Position numbers and translations under genes: made by a program. The notes under the pieces are model-generated. The model was not told where the DNA came from. It did not search any database and saw nothing but the letters and a program-made list of their open reading frames with translations. A stretch of DNA of 62,980 bases, counting the filler, from Catajapyx aquilonaris (taxonomy: Eukaryota), in the NCBI GenBank assembly GCA_000934665.2. It is 4 parts of 4 records of this genome, joined end to end, with 100 filler letters (N's around TTAATTAATTAA, not from the genome) between each part and the next. Parts side by side here need not be neighbours in the genome. Positions count along the whole stretch, not along the records: positions 1 to 15,669 come from JYFJ02007435.1; positions 15,770 to 31,418 come from JYFJ02007436.1; 2 more parts are not named here. One strand, 5' to 3'. Below are positions 11,163 through 22,648 of the stretch, one piece after another (the first letter of the stretch is position 1; the number at the start of each line of letters is the position of its first letter).

Positions 11163-13680
11163 AACATTATCCATAATAACTTTTCAACAAGCTTCTCAAG
11201 AGAAGGTAGCAAATTACCATTAATTTCATGCATGCCGTCAAACACAGTCTTGTTTAGCTTACCAGGGGACACCTATCATACTTTTTCTATGGAAAAACAC
11301 TGGGCTTGAACCAATCGGAGACACCACCAACTTCTTATTATGAGCCAAAGCTAATAATTACAGTAACTCCCTTGCTTTTTCATCCAATCAGTCATATTTT
11401 TGTGGAAACTCTTTGGCTTTCATGTCTGTCATAGCATCAATTTATTTATCAAACTCACAATCTTATTTCCATAAAACCTGCAGTGTGAAATTGCTGTTTG
11501 ATTGTGAGAAAATAAAAGGCAAATTACACGTCATACATTAGAAGTCCTGCTTTGTAATTGCTGAATTTTTTGGGTCAAGCACCATGTCATTCATGCTTAT
11601 TTTCCACTCTAATCCGTGTTAGAATGTGTAAAATCATCATTAAGGCACTATTAATGCGGACGCATGCAGGGTTTTCTTATTGAGGGACCTAAAATTCAGT
11701 ACATTTCTGCATTAGACAGATTCCGCACTGAAAAGAGATGCATGGGAATCCTATCTCACTGCCGAGACTGCAATAATTTTTCCGCATTTTTCTGCTACAG
11801 TCAGGCATTACTATAAAAAATCTAGGTCAATCACCCTGCCACTGTTAGTTGTGGCTGCTTTCTGGGTAATCCCCAAGGGACACACTCATTGAAACAGCAG
11901 GTTTCTGCAAGGATTCTGTCAATGCTTGGGCCATAAACCAATAAGTAGGAGTCATCCAAATGTTATATTTTTTGGAGGACTTGGTAAAAATATGTTGACA
12001 TGAAAGTAACTAGTTATTAGACACTTCGTAGAGAACAACTGATTAATGTAATGTGTCAGACACAAATCTTGCAATGAACAGACAAGTGAATTTTCTGCTA
12101 ATTGATAGGTTAGAACCAAACTTGATATTACTTTACATTGCCATATATTTTTAGAGGATGGCTTTCCAATAAAGCCTAAATCCCATTTGTCCATGACATC
12201 AGAAAGAAACTAAAATATCTTTTTCAATATAGGCAATTTTTCCAATCCTTCACAACACATCATCTCCTGCCCCCATCATTCTCTCTTGCAGCCTGTCTTT
12301 TTCTTCTGCAAAGTTCCTAGGCAAACAAAATAGTAATTTATAGGCAATAAGGCAAATTACCTACAAAATGGATCTGACCTGCATAAAATTGTATTATTTC
12401 AGAGCTGATTTAAAGGACCACTACCTCCTGGATTCATACAGTCATTCTTCAATCAATTACCCCAAATATATGGACCATTTCCATGCCAATAGTACTGTAC
12501 ATGACATTAATTAAAGACCTGTCTAGCCACATCTTTGATTTTCCTTTTCTCAAGACTCCATGACTCGACTCTGTCTTCACAAATATAACTGTTGAATTTT
12601 TATTATTTTGTACATCTGAAAATGAGTTTGAATTAATTTTTTAAATCATAAGCTTTTTTCACAAAACAGAGATCTATAGCACACCTTTATTAATCGGATA
12701 ATTAGTCTTCAGCCGGATACTTTTTTCACCGCTCACTGCTGGCGGTGGTGTTCTGCATTCGGGGAATCGTTTAATGAATCTGAGCAATTTTGAGTAACTC
12801 CAAAGAATCCGTTATTCAGCATGTATGCCAAAGTTATTGTTCTTTATAGTGTGACAGAAAAAAATGTTCCACTAAACTCTAGTGGCTAATATGGAGCTAA
12901 TAATGGCAAAAAAATTGAATCTGGAAAATGTGCGTCATACATGATTTTCAGACAACTCAGTTCACAACTGCATCAGATACTATCAATCTCGTTGAACCAT
13001 TCGCAATGCTTAATTGTAATCAGGAACCTCCCATTAAATGTGCATAATAAATGTTTCAAACAGTCAGCATTATTATGTTTTAACTGATCCACGTTCATAT
13101 TTTTAGATACCGTAATTTTTTGTGACAATTTTTAGTCCTTCATTTTGTACTCGTCAACACTACAGGATTGTAAGTGAGCGCTTCCTGCACATATATTCGT
13201 AGCCTCGCAACAAAGCTGCGTCGTTTTTTTTTGTCCTTGTTCTTGTTGTTGTTAGAACAATGCTCTCAGGTCGCATATTTCAATACTTAGTTATTGCCTT
13301 CATAAAAAGTATGAGGTTTTGTGTCCGAAAATAATTTTTTGAAGGTGAACACTATTTAATGTGCTTCCCAAAAAATCGTCAGTGTTTTTCTCTTTTCATT
13401 GGTTTTGCACACTTTACTGCCATGGAGTTTTATGCAGAGAAACAACAACAACAACAACATTAGGACATTTCCCTATGAGGGGTAGTCAGCGATGAAGGGA
13501 GACACATAAGCTAACCCAACATATATGAACTAGAGATTAAAACTTGTGCAAATAAAACTATAAAAAACCCGTCCCACGGCTCCCACCCCTCGACCCTGTC
13601 CATCTCAGACGACAGACACTGAATATTAAATAATTTCATATCTATAATATTAAAATGCTTGCGTTGCATGTATAAGCCCT

Positions 13681-14017
13681 CTGATTGGTCCGCCCCCGTA
13701 TTGTTGCCGCCACCTCCTCCTATTGGCCCCAGTCCATTGTTGCTGCGTCGTATCCATGGCGCATCGTTACCACGACGCCTCCGATTGGCCCCCGTTCCGA
13801 GCATGCGCAATGGGGGTGGAACACGTTCAGTTGCCTGGTGGCCTCCTTTGGAGAAGGTCGCTTTTTTTCGTCTCTCCCGCCGCCGTCATCGTCACGCCGG
13901 ACCTTTTTCCCTTCCCCACCTACCATACCTGTCCCCCCTTCGCCACGGGTCACTGGTGGTTATTGAAAAATGGCCGTAGGCATTGGTGGAGGGAGACGGG
14001 TGGAGAATAATGTAAGT
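13681..14017 (+). promoter_or_regulatory. CpG-rich promoter and probable first exon of an unidentified gene
   Basis: Inverted CCAAT boxes at 13684, 13722 and 13784; GC box at 13690; NRF1/Ewg-like GCATGCGCA at 13801; YY1-like AAAATGGCC overlapping an ATG at 13970; 14 codons (MAVGIGGGRRVENN), then a perfect GTAAGT donor at 14012. Confidence 0.55.
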
Positions 14018-14345
14018 TCGAAATTCGAAATTTACCATTGCTGATCGGGCTGCTTAGGAACTACGTGCGTAGGCCTACCCATGCGCGGTGCTTTCACAGA
14101 TGGGAAGTACAGTACACTGTCTTCGAGGCACTTCTTTCAGTGTATAGTGTCGGAAACTGACTACCGTCGAATGCGTAGAATCGAACGTAAGAAGCCGGGT
14201 TGCAAATATCACGCGTTCGAATTATTAGCCTGGAACGTACTATATTGTTGGTCTTCCAGACAGCCAACTGACAGGTTGTTTATTTATACAGTCAGTGAAG
14301 GTTATTGAGTTGGCACAACTGGCAACCAACAATAGAATCCAATAT

Positions 14346-14740
14346 CACTGTACTCCCGATTATCAGGGTGCGGATAATACGTGCATCGCCATAATATAAA
14401 CATTTACGTCCGAAAAAATGTCTCGAATTTTTGTCCCACTGCTAGATAGTGCATACTGATAACTTAGCAGTGGTACGGAAATTCCACCCAATATGAATAT
14501 CAATGTCTCACCAACGAAAAAATATATACCATACTTTCTCTAGAAGGCAAAGTAAAAATCTATATGGTAAGCTTGATTTTTTGGATTAACCAAGCAAGAG
14601 CATGCTCTTTGTACAGTATAGTACATCAACAACCTGTGAATAGCTCCCTTTCCAGGACCATTTTCCGATTGTCCGTGTTTCCCAATTATCTGGCAACACC
14701 CGTGCAGTCATTAGCTTGGATAATAATCGGGAGTACTGTG
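14346..14740. mobile_element. MITE (pogo/Tigger-like termini)
   Basis: Terminal inverted repeat CACTGTACTCCCGATTAT / ATAATCGGGAGTACTGTG. Confidence 0.5.
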
Positions 14741-15046
14741 TACCTATGTGTACAGACTGTAGGGTCGCCCAGCTGTATTGTTGTACTACAAACACAGGGT
14801 AAGCTCTGTTCGCCACCTTGAATCACAGCCATCATTGGAACCACAGATGGGAACTGTATTTTCAAATTGCGCACCCTTAACCCCTTTCACAAGTTTTTGG
14901 CAGGTTTTTGGGCCGTCTCTTTCCTTCTTTTTGTTCAAAATTCCATGTAGGAGTGATATTAATGAATAACAACTTTGCGCCAAAATTAATCAGTGAAATT
15001 CGTGGTGGTCCTTTTGATTGTAAAATGCCGGAGAATAATTCATATA

Positions 15047-15541
15047 CAGGGTGTCCCGCAAAATAAACTTTTTAGAATCGTCCGGCTCTCAGAAAGTCCA
15101 TAGGCCTCATTGTTCTTATGGTTACATAAGATTACCACAACACTGTAGGCTACTATGATGAACTCCCAAGGGTCGGGGAGGTGTAGATGACAGAGATCGG
15201 CGAGATGGTAACGTCTCGGCTTGCTGAGTGAAAGGCCCCAGGTTCGATCCCCGCCTGGGCAACTTTCCTTTCACCTGCACCAAGGAGGTGTCTGGCAACC
15301 TAACCTCCTGGGGAACAGCACATGGCCCCTTTACAGATCTTGCACTTGCACCTGTTCCCTCCCCAAAAATCCCTACCCCTGCCCTACATCCTTGACTCCT
15401 TGCACCGGATATTGAAGCTAAAATGTAGAAAAATGGAGTGAAATGGTGGTATTCCACCCCCCTAAAAAGGCTCCGCCTTATCACGGGGTAACTTTAAAAA
15501 AAAAACCCCTCCCAAGAGTCCATCCTTTACGGGGCATCCTG
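15047..15541. mobile_element. Tc1/mariner-type MITE carrying a SINE
   Basis: TA-CAGGGTGTCCCGCAAA ... TTTACGGGGCATCCTG-TA termini. Confidence 0.5.
15170..15410 (+). mobile_element. tRNA-derived SINE, family A
   Basis: B box GGTTCGATCCC after a tRNA-like head; body nearly identical to the minus-strand copy at 37325-37522. Confidence 0.8.
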
Positions 15542-15669
15542 TACTGAGGGAACATGTTTACATAAACGATCTTTTGGGACGTGACCTTGGCATATACGAC
15601 TCAACTTGGCGGGAGCAGGGGGGAGGGGGGGATCTGGAGTTGCCATGATAGTTGAGTCACTGTCCAAGA

Positions 15670-15769
15670 NNNNNNNNNNNNNNNNNNNNNNNNNNNNNNN
15701 NNNNNNNNNNNNNTTAATTAATTAANNNNNNNNNNNNNNNNNNNNNNNNNNNNNNNNNNNNNNNNNNNN
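15670..15769. other. Artificial assembly linker
   Basis: 44 N + TTAATTAATTAA (stops in all six frames) + 44 N. Confidence 0.95.
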
Positions 15770-15781
15770 CAGAAGAAGGAG

Positions 15782-16753
15782 GTGATGAAGTTTATTGGTT
15801 CGTGTGATATCTGCCAGCGAACCAAAGTGGAGAGGAAGAAGCCACTTGGTTTAATGCAGCCAAGTGCGCCTCCGGTACAAGCGTTTTCGGACTTGTGTAC
15901 GGATGTCCAGGGTCCTTTCCCACGGAGCACTGGTGGTCGGAAATACATCTTGGTCATCATGTGCAAGTTGTCCAAATGGTTTGAAACATATCTATTGAGA
16001 GCGGTGTCGGCTAAAAAGGTCATTGAATGCTTGTTGGACTTTTGTACGCGTCATGGGTACCCAATAAGAATTACGGCAGACAATGCAAAATATTATAAGG
16101 GCCGTTTGTTTGCATCAACTTGTAATGCCTTGGGCATTAAAGTGTCATTTTCAAACGTGTATAGCCCTTGGCAGAACATGACCGAGTCGGCAAATGCCCA
16201 AATTAAACGGCTATTGATCGCTTACACAGGCGAGCACCAGAATTGGTGCAAAACACTGGGTGCAGTGATGTATGCGTGGCGTACATCGACGTCAGTTGTG
16301 AGTGGGTATACTCCAGCGCAACTCGCGACTGGTCGTCAGTTCCTATTCCCGTTCGAACAGCAATTTCTGCCAACGGTAGGAAACGTGTCGGACGAGCAAA
16401 CAAGTGACTACGCTAAAAATCTTATAGATTGCTTAGCAAAGTCGATAGCTTCCGCTCGAGAGCGCATTGTGGTTGAGCGGAAGAAGCAAAAGAAGCACTA
16501 CGATCGTCACAGACGATATGGTGTCTTCAATGAAGGGGATAGTGTGCTTCGTAAAGCTCATGTGTTGTCGAATGCAGCACATGGATTTGCGAAGGCACTG
16601 GCGCATAAGTACGATGGACCTTATGACGTTGTCAAAAGGGTGCATGACGTTTCGTATTTATTACGAAATCCGGTGTCAAATAAGGTGTTCGGACCTATTC
16701 ACATTTCTGAATTAAAGAAATATATTAGGCCGCGCACGCACGCAGATGTTTGA
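15782..16753 (+). CDS. Gypsy integrase (C-terminal part of Pol)
   Basis: CDIC zinc ligands, core TDVQGPFP...ITADNA...YSPWQNMTES (D,D,E), GYTPA, and GPY/F module KYDGPYDV...IHISELKKY. Uninterrupted and 5'-truncated by the linker. Confidence 0.92.
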   Translation: MMKFIGSCDICQRTKVERKKPLGLMQPSAPPVQAFSDLCTDVQGPFPRSTGGRKYILVIMCKLSKWFETYLLRAVSAKKVIECLLDFCTRHGYPIRITADNAKYYKGRLFASTCNALGIKVSFSNVYSPWQNMTESANAQIKRLLIAYTGEHQNWCKTLGAVMYAWRTSTSVVSGYTPAQLATGRQFLFPFEQQFLPTVGNVSDEQTSDYAKNLIDCLAKSIASARERIVVERKKQKKHYDRHRRYGVFNEGDSVLRKAHVLSNAAHGFAKALAHKYDGPYDVVKRVHDVSYLLRNPVSNKVFGPIHISELKKYIRPRTHADV

Positions 16754-17275
16754 CAATGTCAAACAATCGCTGCAATTTGAACGTGTATATTACCGTTCTA
16801 TTTGAATGCCGCGCTCAGAATTTACGCCGTGGGTACAACCTGGGGCGGGATTATGTGACCCTAATCTCAGCCGAGACCTCAAGTACAGTCTGGGGCAAAA
16901 TATGTTAATCCAGGCAAGACCGTTGAGGCCACGTGGTTGTGGAGGAAGGGGAAAAGAACACTCCAGACGAGATAGTGGCGTGAGGCTGAGGACCATGCGG
17001 GTCTTGGGCAGTGTGTCCATTGGCTGGTGTGGAGGACATCGCCGGGTGTGGCGATTGGTCGACAAATACCGGACGAGATAGTGGAGTGAGTATGGAGACC
17101 ACGCGGGCTTTGGGCCTTGCGCCCATTGGTCGGTGGGGAGGACATCGCCGGGTGTGGTGATTGGTTGGCAGGAGTCCTTGTTCTTCTGGGGAGGAAGGGG
17201 GAGAAATTTTTCTAGATTTCGACATAACGTCTTTGTCTTTAGTAGAGGAAGGACGTGTGTTGCTGGCGGTGAAAA

Positions 17276-18181
17276 ATGGCGGACTGTTTCGACAACCCGA
17301 GGGGCAGAGGGGCTTGGAGGGCCCGCAGAGGTGGAGGAACTCCGCCTATGGCTCGTGGAAGGTCTTCGGGTGGAACCTCAGGCCGGCAGGAGGGAGGAGC
17401 CCCGCCTATGGTTCGTGGGAGGTCTTCGGGTGGACCATCCGGACGGAAGGAGCGGCAACGAGGGGAGATGCCTGTCGGGCATCATTCATGCCCTCATGAA
17501 TACCCGTACATAAGACTGGCGGTGGCCCGGGAGATCGCCGGGGAGACGCCTCCTGCTTGTCCCCAACAGCCACGGGGGACAGACCAAGCGGGAACATCTT
17601 ACGCCGCGCCGTCAGAGGAGGAGTTGGCTGCGGCTGGTCCCAAGTTTGAACTCGGCATGTTAGATGCAGATGTGCCCCAGGTCCACTTCCTCTCTCCACG
17701 CGATTACTTGAAGTGGAGGGGGTCCGTCATACACAGGGAGAAGAAAAGACGTCTAGAGGAGGAACAGAAGGAGGACCTCATACGGTTGGGTTTGAAACCG
17801 GTGGTGACATCGGCGGACACGCTGGTGAAGACGGTCACCGGCAAGGCTCTGGAGTTACAAGATGAAGTGATCGTGTTACGGCATTGGAAGGAGGAGATGA
17901 TGAAGAAGATGAAGGAGGATGATGAAAAAGGGAAGACGATGGAGTTGGATGAGAAGAAGACGGACTGGGCTGAGGTGGTCGAGGACCGGAAGGAGGAGAA
18001 GGAGATGGCTGAGGATGATGGAAAAGGAAAGACAATGGAGTTGGGGGAGAAGGAGACGGTCGAGGCTGGTCAACAGACTGATTTGGTGCAGGATACGGAG
18101 GACCGGGAGAATGAGGCGGTGTTCGTCATGGAGGTGTCTCCAGAGGAAGTGGCTGACTTGATGCAGGGTACCATCCAGTGA
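17276..18181 (+). CDS. Extra ORF in the Gypsy 3' region, 301 aa, Gly/Arg-rich N-terminus and acidic coiled-coil-like C-terminus
   Basis: ATG in good context (AAAATGGCG), open for 301 codons, internal repeats are in frame; no signal peptide or TM segment. Confidence 0.55.
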   Translation: MADCFDNPRGRGAWRARRGGGTPPMARGRSSGGTSGRQEGGAPPMVRGRSSGGPSGRKERQRGEMPVGHHSCPHEYPYIRLAVAREIAGETPPACPQQPRGTDQAGTSYAAPSEEELAAAGPKFELGMLDADVPQVHFLSPRDYLKWRGSVIHREKKRRLEEEQKEDLIRLGLKPVVTSADTLVKTVTGKALELQDEVIVLRHWKEEMMKKMKEDDEKGKTMELDEKKTDWAEVVEDRKEEKEMAEDDGKGKTMELGEKETVEAGQQTDLVQDTEDRENEAVFVMEVSPEEVADLMQGTIQ

Positions 18182-18579
18182 GTGCATGCAGTGAGTGAGT
18201 TTCGGAAGGAAGTTGTTTGCAGGTGCAGTGATTTTTTTTTTTCCGGTTTCCTTTTGGAGTGTTATATTCAGAGACAGATGATGAACGCTTGAACAGTTTG
18301 TTTTATTCTTGGAAAGGATTGTGTTGCAGAGGAATGTATGAAGTACATTTTTTTTTGGTAGTGTGGGGATTGCCACGGGCGTGGCATGGCATTGGGGTGG
18401 CTACATGGAGTGGCGTGATGGACGGGGGGGGTGGCAACCCTGGAGGGGGGGTAGGTCCCAAGAAGACGGGGATGTAAGTTGGGCGAATAAACCAAGGGTT
18501 AAAAGTGGATTACCAGTGTACTTATTAAACCCAGAAAGGACCCAGTTCAGGCCTCACAACAAGGTGAGTACGAAGGGCC

Positions 18580-19045
18580 TGACAGCATGCACAGGCCGGA
18601 ACAGGAACAGAACAGTTATGGCATGTTTTTATTCTCTCGTGAAGCTTGGCCGTTTTAAAATAGTGAAACATTTTTTCCCTGTGCGTGGACACTCTTTTAT
18701 GCCCTGCGATGCTGATTTCGCGGCCATAGAGAGGGCTGTGTCCCGACAGGAACGAATCTACACACCCGCCGAATACATAAACATCATACGAAGCGCTCGC
18801 CGCAAGAACCACTTTCACGTGGTACAGGTAGATCAGGATATGATTTTTGACTTCCAAGCTCATTTTCTAACAATCATGAAAAAACAAGTCACTAACAAGG
18901 TCAAAGAAAAACTTGGACTTATGTCTGTTAAAATGCTGCACTACAGCTTTGCACATCCCACAGAAGTGTCAGTTGGGAAGACATACGTGGACCATGATGC
19001 CCAGGTTTGCTATTGAAAAACCGCGTGTGACGGTGTCTTTCCCTA
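18580..19045 (+). pseudogene. Sola1-like DDD transposase fragment
   Basis: CTGRNRN...FFPVRGHSFMPCDADFAAIER...IYTPAEYINIIRSAR resembles the (S)DxCxGQNKN...GHSxxxCDxDF.IE core; frameshift near 19000. Confidence 0.65.
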
Positions 19046-20309
19046 ATAGCCCAGGCATTTTAGGATTTGACCCGGTAAAAAATAATGTAAATCTGAAAAT
19101 TGCAGGAAATGTTCTGTTAAGTGCGCTGAACAACATACTAAAAGTCCTAAGAAATCCTATGTCGGCGTCATGCTTTTTTCGTCGCAAGAAGTACATAAGT
19201 CACACTCGCCGTGGAATTGGCTATAAAAGCAAAACTGCTCCTCCGATTTTGTTCGGTTTTCTCTTAGAATGTGAAGGATTGTATGTACAACGATATTATG
19301 AGGTCAACATGCCACCGTCAGGTCAAGGGGGCCATGAAAATGACCGCCCAATTTGAATGTTTCGCGTCGCACTTCAGAAACATCGAAATAATACGTCCTG
19401 CGCAGCTGACTCGACAAAATGTGTAGAGCGTAAAATGATTCCCCGTACGTTCTCCTTTCCAACGATATCTCTGGCATGTTTGTGCGATCATCTGTTCCAT
19501 AATTGTAACACATTATTATAGCGCTCGTGCAGCGCGCTGCCGTCAACACTCCATCCGAGCCGCGGCCGGCCCGCCTATTATAGTGCTAGCGGTACACTCG
19601 AGAAAAGGGGGAAATACCGCATTTTGTAAGGCAAGCAAGCCACTTTGCACAGTTGTTCCTTGGACCTATCTACACGATTTGACCCGCAGTTCCGTTCGCC
19701 AAACCCCTGTGGGTTCGTAGTAGCGTTGGAAATAGGCTGGATTGTGGATTTTGAACGAAATCTTTTAAAAAAAATCTGATTTCAGCGCCAGACATGTTCC
19801 AGGTGTCGTTTCCCCACAACTCACATGTGTCCGTCACACTGGTGGTGGTCAAATGTCAATCCGATGACCGGAATAGTAGCTAAAAGACCGCCATTTTTTA
19901 AACAAATCGGACATTTCGACATGCCGGCAATTGAATCATGAGATAAGGGTGCGGGGTGTGTATTTCGTACGTTTTCGGGGTCGTTGAACACGTTGCCAAT
20001 GTTAGATTTACGTTATCTGCATTGGGTTGGGTAATAATATTAATACACGTTGTGATGGGGTGTAATGTCTTGTCCAAACGTAGGCAAAGAGCCTGCCAAG
20101 GAGTGATTCATGGGAAGGACTCTCTGCCATCTGAAACGTGAATACTTCTGAAACAAGACAGCACAAAAACAACGTTATTCATGCGACGAAACTCTTGTGA
20201 TATCATGGAAATATGAAGGGACCGACTTTTCTACTCGCTTGTATCCGATGTGCTTACAGTATAGGAAGATTCAACTACTTTGTCAGCTACATTCACCTAA
20301 ACTTGTGTG

Positions 20310-20500
20310 ACCTTGAACCCTCCCCCCAAATCCTTCTGTTGTTTCCCCTTTTTCGACAAGTTTTCATTCTTCGGTTATAAAAACATATTTCAAGAAACTC
20401 ATGGTGAAATTTATTGGGACCGGGGGCGGGGGGGAGGGGCGTGAGTGTTTGGCGAAAACGAACAGGGGGGGCTTCATGACGAAAAGGTTGGGAACCACTG
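20310..20500 (-). mobile_element. One end of a hAT (Charlie/Buster-like) non-autonomous element
   Basis: TIR CAGTGGTTCCCAACC on the minus strand at 20500-20486; the other end was not found. Confidence 0.5.
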
Positions 20501-20997
20501 CTCCAGCCTGAACCTTGCATGAACTGGCCCAGAATACGTATGTAGGTATACCACATTGCAATTCGACAGAATGGTTCCAACATGCATTAGGCTAAAGCCC
20601 AATGCTCTGCCATCTGAATTTCCAAGCTTTCCAAAATACTACCAACAAGTGAGTACCACCTATAAGTTTTGGAGGGATGTTTGGGGAAGCAAAGTATTAC
20701 TCAACACGCGCAGTCACTGATGCAGTATCCCAAGTAGTTTACTAGGGCATGCCTTAAAATGTCATAATTGTGCATTTCAGAAGAAGACCTCTCGGCCACC
20801 ACCCCACAGGCGAGATTTTCAGGAGCTGACAGGGGATTCTATCGACCATGAGGACACACAGCCTGGAACGTCACAAGACCTAACTACCCACCAACAAGCA
20901 AGTCAACACCATCTACCCGCAACATCCACAACAGCTGGAACCCCAGCATCTGATAGCAACCAGCCTGACACACCCATGGACACACCCCGCAGATTAC

Positions 20998-21028
<31 letters not shown>

Positions 21029-21420
21029 GGTTTAATGGCGCAACAGCAGCGATGGTTATACTGCGCCAAGCACCTGTGACGTTGTAGGGGAGGGCAGGCA
21101 ATACCACCCCAACCCCAACGTTAACTGAACCGAAGGTTATATTTTTACTTTTGAAGCGCAAACTTAGTATGTTGCAGGTAGATAATGTGAAGGCAAAAAA
21201 AAAAGATTAAAGTACTGTTGCAGGCCCGCAGGCGACTGGTGAAAAAAAAATGCACAACTAAAAAATGTCATTCAACACTTGCGCAATTCACGCCTAATTC
21301 CTGAGGATGCCCTTGACATCCTTGCAGGTGTAGCTGGCCCTCACAAGGACCTTCTTCAGCGGCAAGTAGCTAAGGTGACGAACAAGGGACAACCAGGGAA
21401 TTACTCCCCAGAATTGCGTG

Positions 21421-21741
21421 TGTGACCGAATTTATTTCGGCACCATTCGACTACCACCTATGTCTACAAACGAGTCGAATATCTGTCAGATCACGCGACC
21501 GCTTACCTCTTCTCACCCAGCCTGCATTGCAGCACCATGATATAAGCCCGAACATTTCTGTAATCCAGGCCAGTCGCCCGAAGCTCAGTAGAGTGGCTGG
21601 TCAGACCGTGAGGTCTTCCTTCCTGTACTTTACCTAACCTTTGCTATCCTATAGTATTTCCATCTTTGATTGGTCGAATAAAAGTCGTTCTGGTTTACCC
21701 ACTGCATATTCTTCAAGTGATCCCAACCGCTCGGGGTCACA
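21421..21741 (+). mobile_element. Solo LTR, 321 bp
   Basis: TGTGACC...GGTCACA termini, 4-bp TSD CGTG, TATAA at about 21541 followed by AATAAA at about 21677. Its removal restores the transposase reading frame. Confidence 0.9.
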
Positions 21742-22648
21742 CGTGCATTTGCATTAACACTGCATTTTTATTCACCAAGAGCCTACACTTACGTTCGACA
21801 AACCTTTAACACGTGCCTGCCACATCCGAGAATCTTGCAAAGGTGGTACCAGAAAGTCAATGGCGAACCAGGGTTTACACAAGAGGCTCTTGAAACACTG
21901 AAGACAATGGCACAAAATTCAACATATCCACCTAACTGTGCATTACTCATGGTTGATATGGCTATTCGCCAACACGTAGAGTGGGATGGTCAGAGGTATC
22001 ATGGATATGTGAATATGGGAACAGATCTTGATGGTGACAATTTACCAATTGCAAAAGATGCACTGGTATTCTTGGTTGTTTCCCTGGATGGCTCATGGAA
22101 ATTGCCTGTGGGCTAATTTTTTTTCTGATGGGATGACTGGGTTGCAGAGAGCATGGTTGGTGACACACTGCTTAGAATTACTGGCAGAAGTAGGTGTCAG
22201 GGCATGCACTTTGACATGTGACGGTGCAAGTTCTAACATGACCATGTTAAAGCAACTAGGATGCAATTTTGATTCACCACACAATCTAGTAACACATTAA
22301 TCATCCTGCTACTGGTTTACCTGTGTATGCTTTTCTAGACGCATGCCACATGCTAAAATTAGTCAGGAACACACTTGGTGATTGGGGAAACTTGATAGAT
22401 GGGAGTAACAATATTATTCAATGGAAGTATGTCGAGTTGTTGCAAGATATGCAGCAAAAGGAAGGACTACATATGGGCAACAAATTGCGTACTGCTCATG
22501 TAAATTACCGAAAGCAAAAAATGAAAGTATACCTAGCATCCCAGGTCTTGAAAGCTGTTCCGTGAGTGTACCCAATACTGGCATACAATAAATGGTGGTT
22601 TAATGGTCCAAGGACTTGTGATTCTAAGGTAGTTGGTAACCATTTTAG

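Larger units (their letters stand above)
15770..18558 (+). mobile_element. 3' half of a Ty3/Gypsy LTR retrotransposon (integrase, long 3' region with extra ORF, PPT, short LTR remnant)
   Basis: Integrase ORF to 16753; purine tract AAGAAGACGGGGA directly before TGTAAG at 18473; candidate LTR end CTCACA at 18558. Confidence 0.8.
20050..22550 (+). pseudogene. THAP-domain P-element (THAP9-like) transposase, intron-containing, decayed and interrupted
   Basis: THAP tail RLKPNALPSEFP before a GTGAGT donor (about 20650); YSPELRAFALTLHFYSPRAYTYVR...LPHPRILQRW once the solo LTR is removed; DMAIRQHVEWDG, WKLPVG then a premature TAA, LTCDGASSN, DACHMLKLVRN, QKMKVYLASQV. Confidence 0.88.

Noticed and set aside
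15175..15262. tRNA-like sequences here and near 35900, 36050, 37450, 38050 and 48312
   Set aside because: Each continues into a repeat body, several with tails or TSDs, and none has a clean cloverleaf; they are SINE heads, not tRNA genes.
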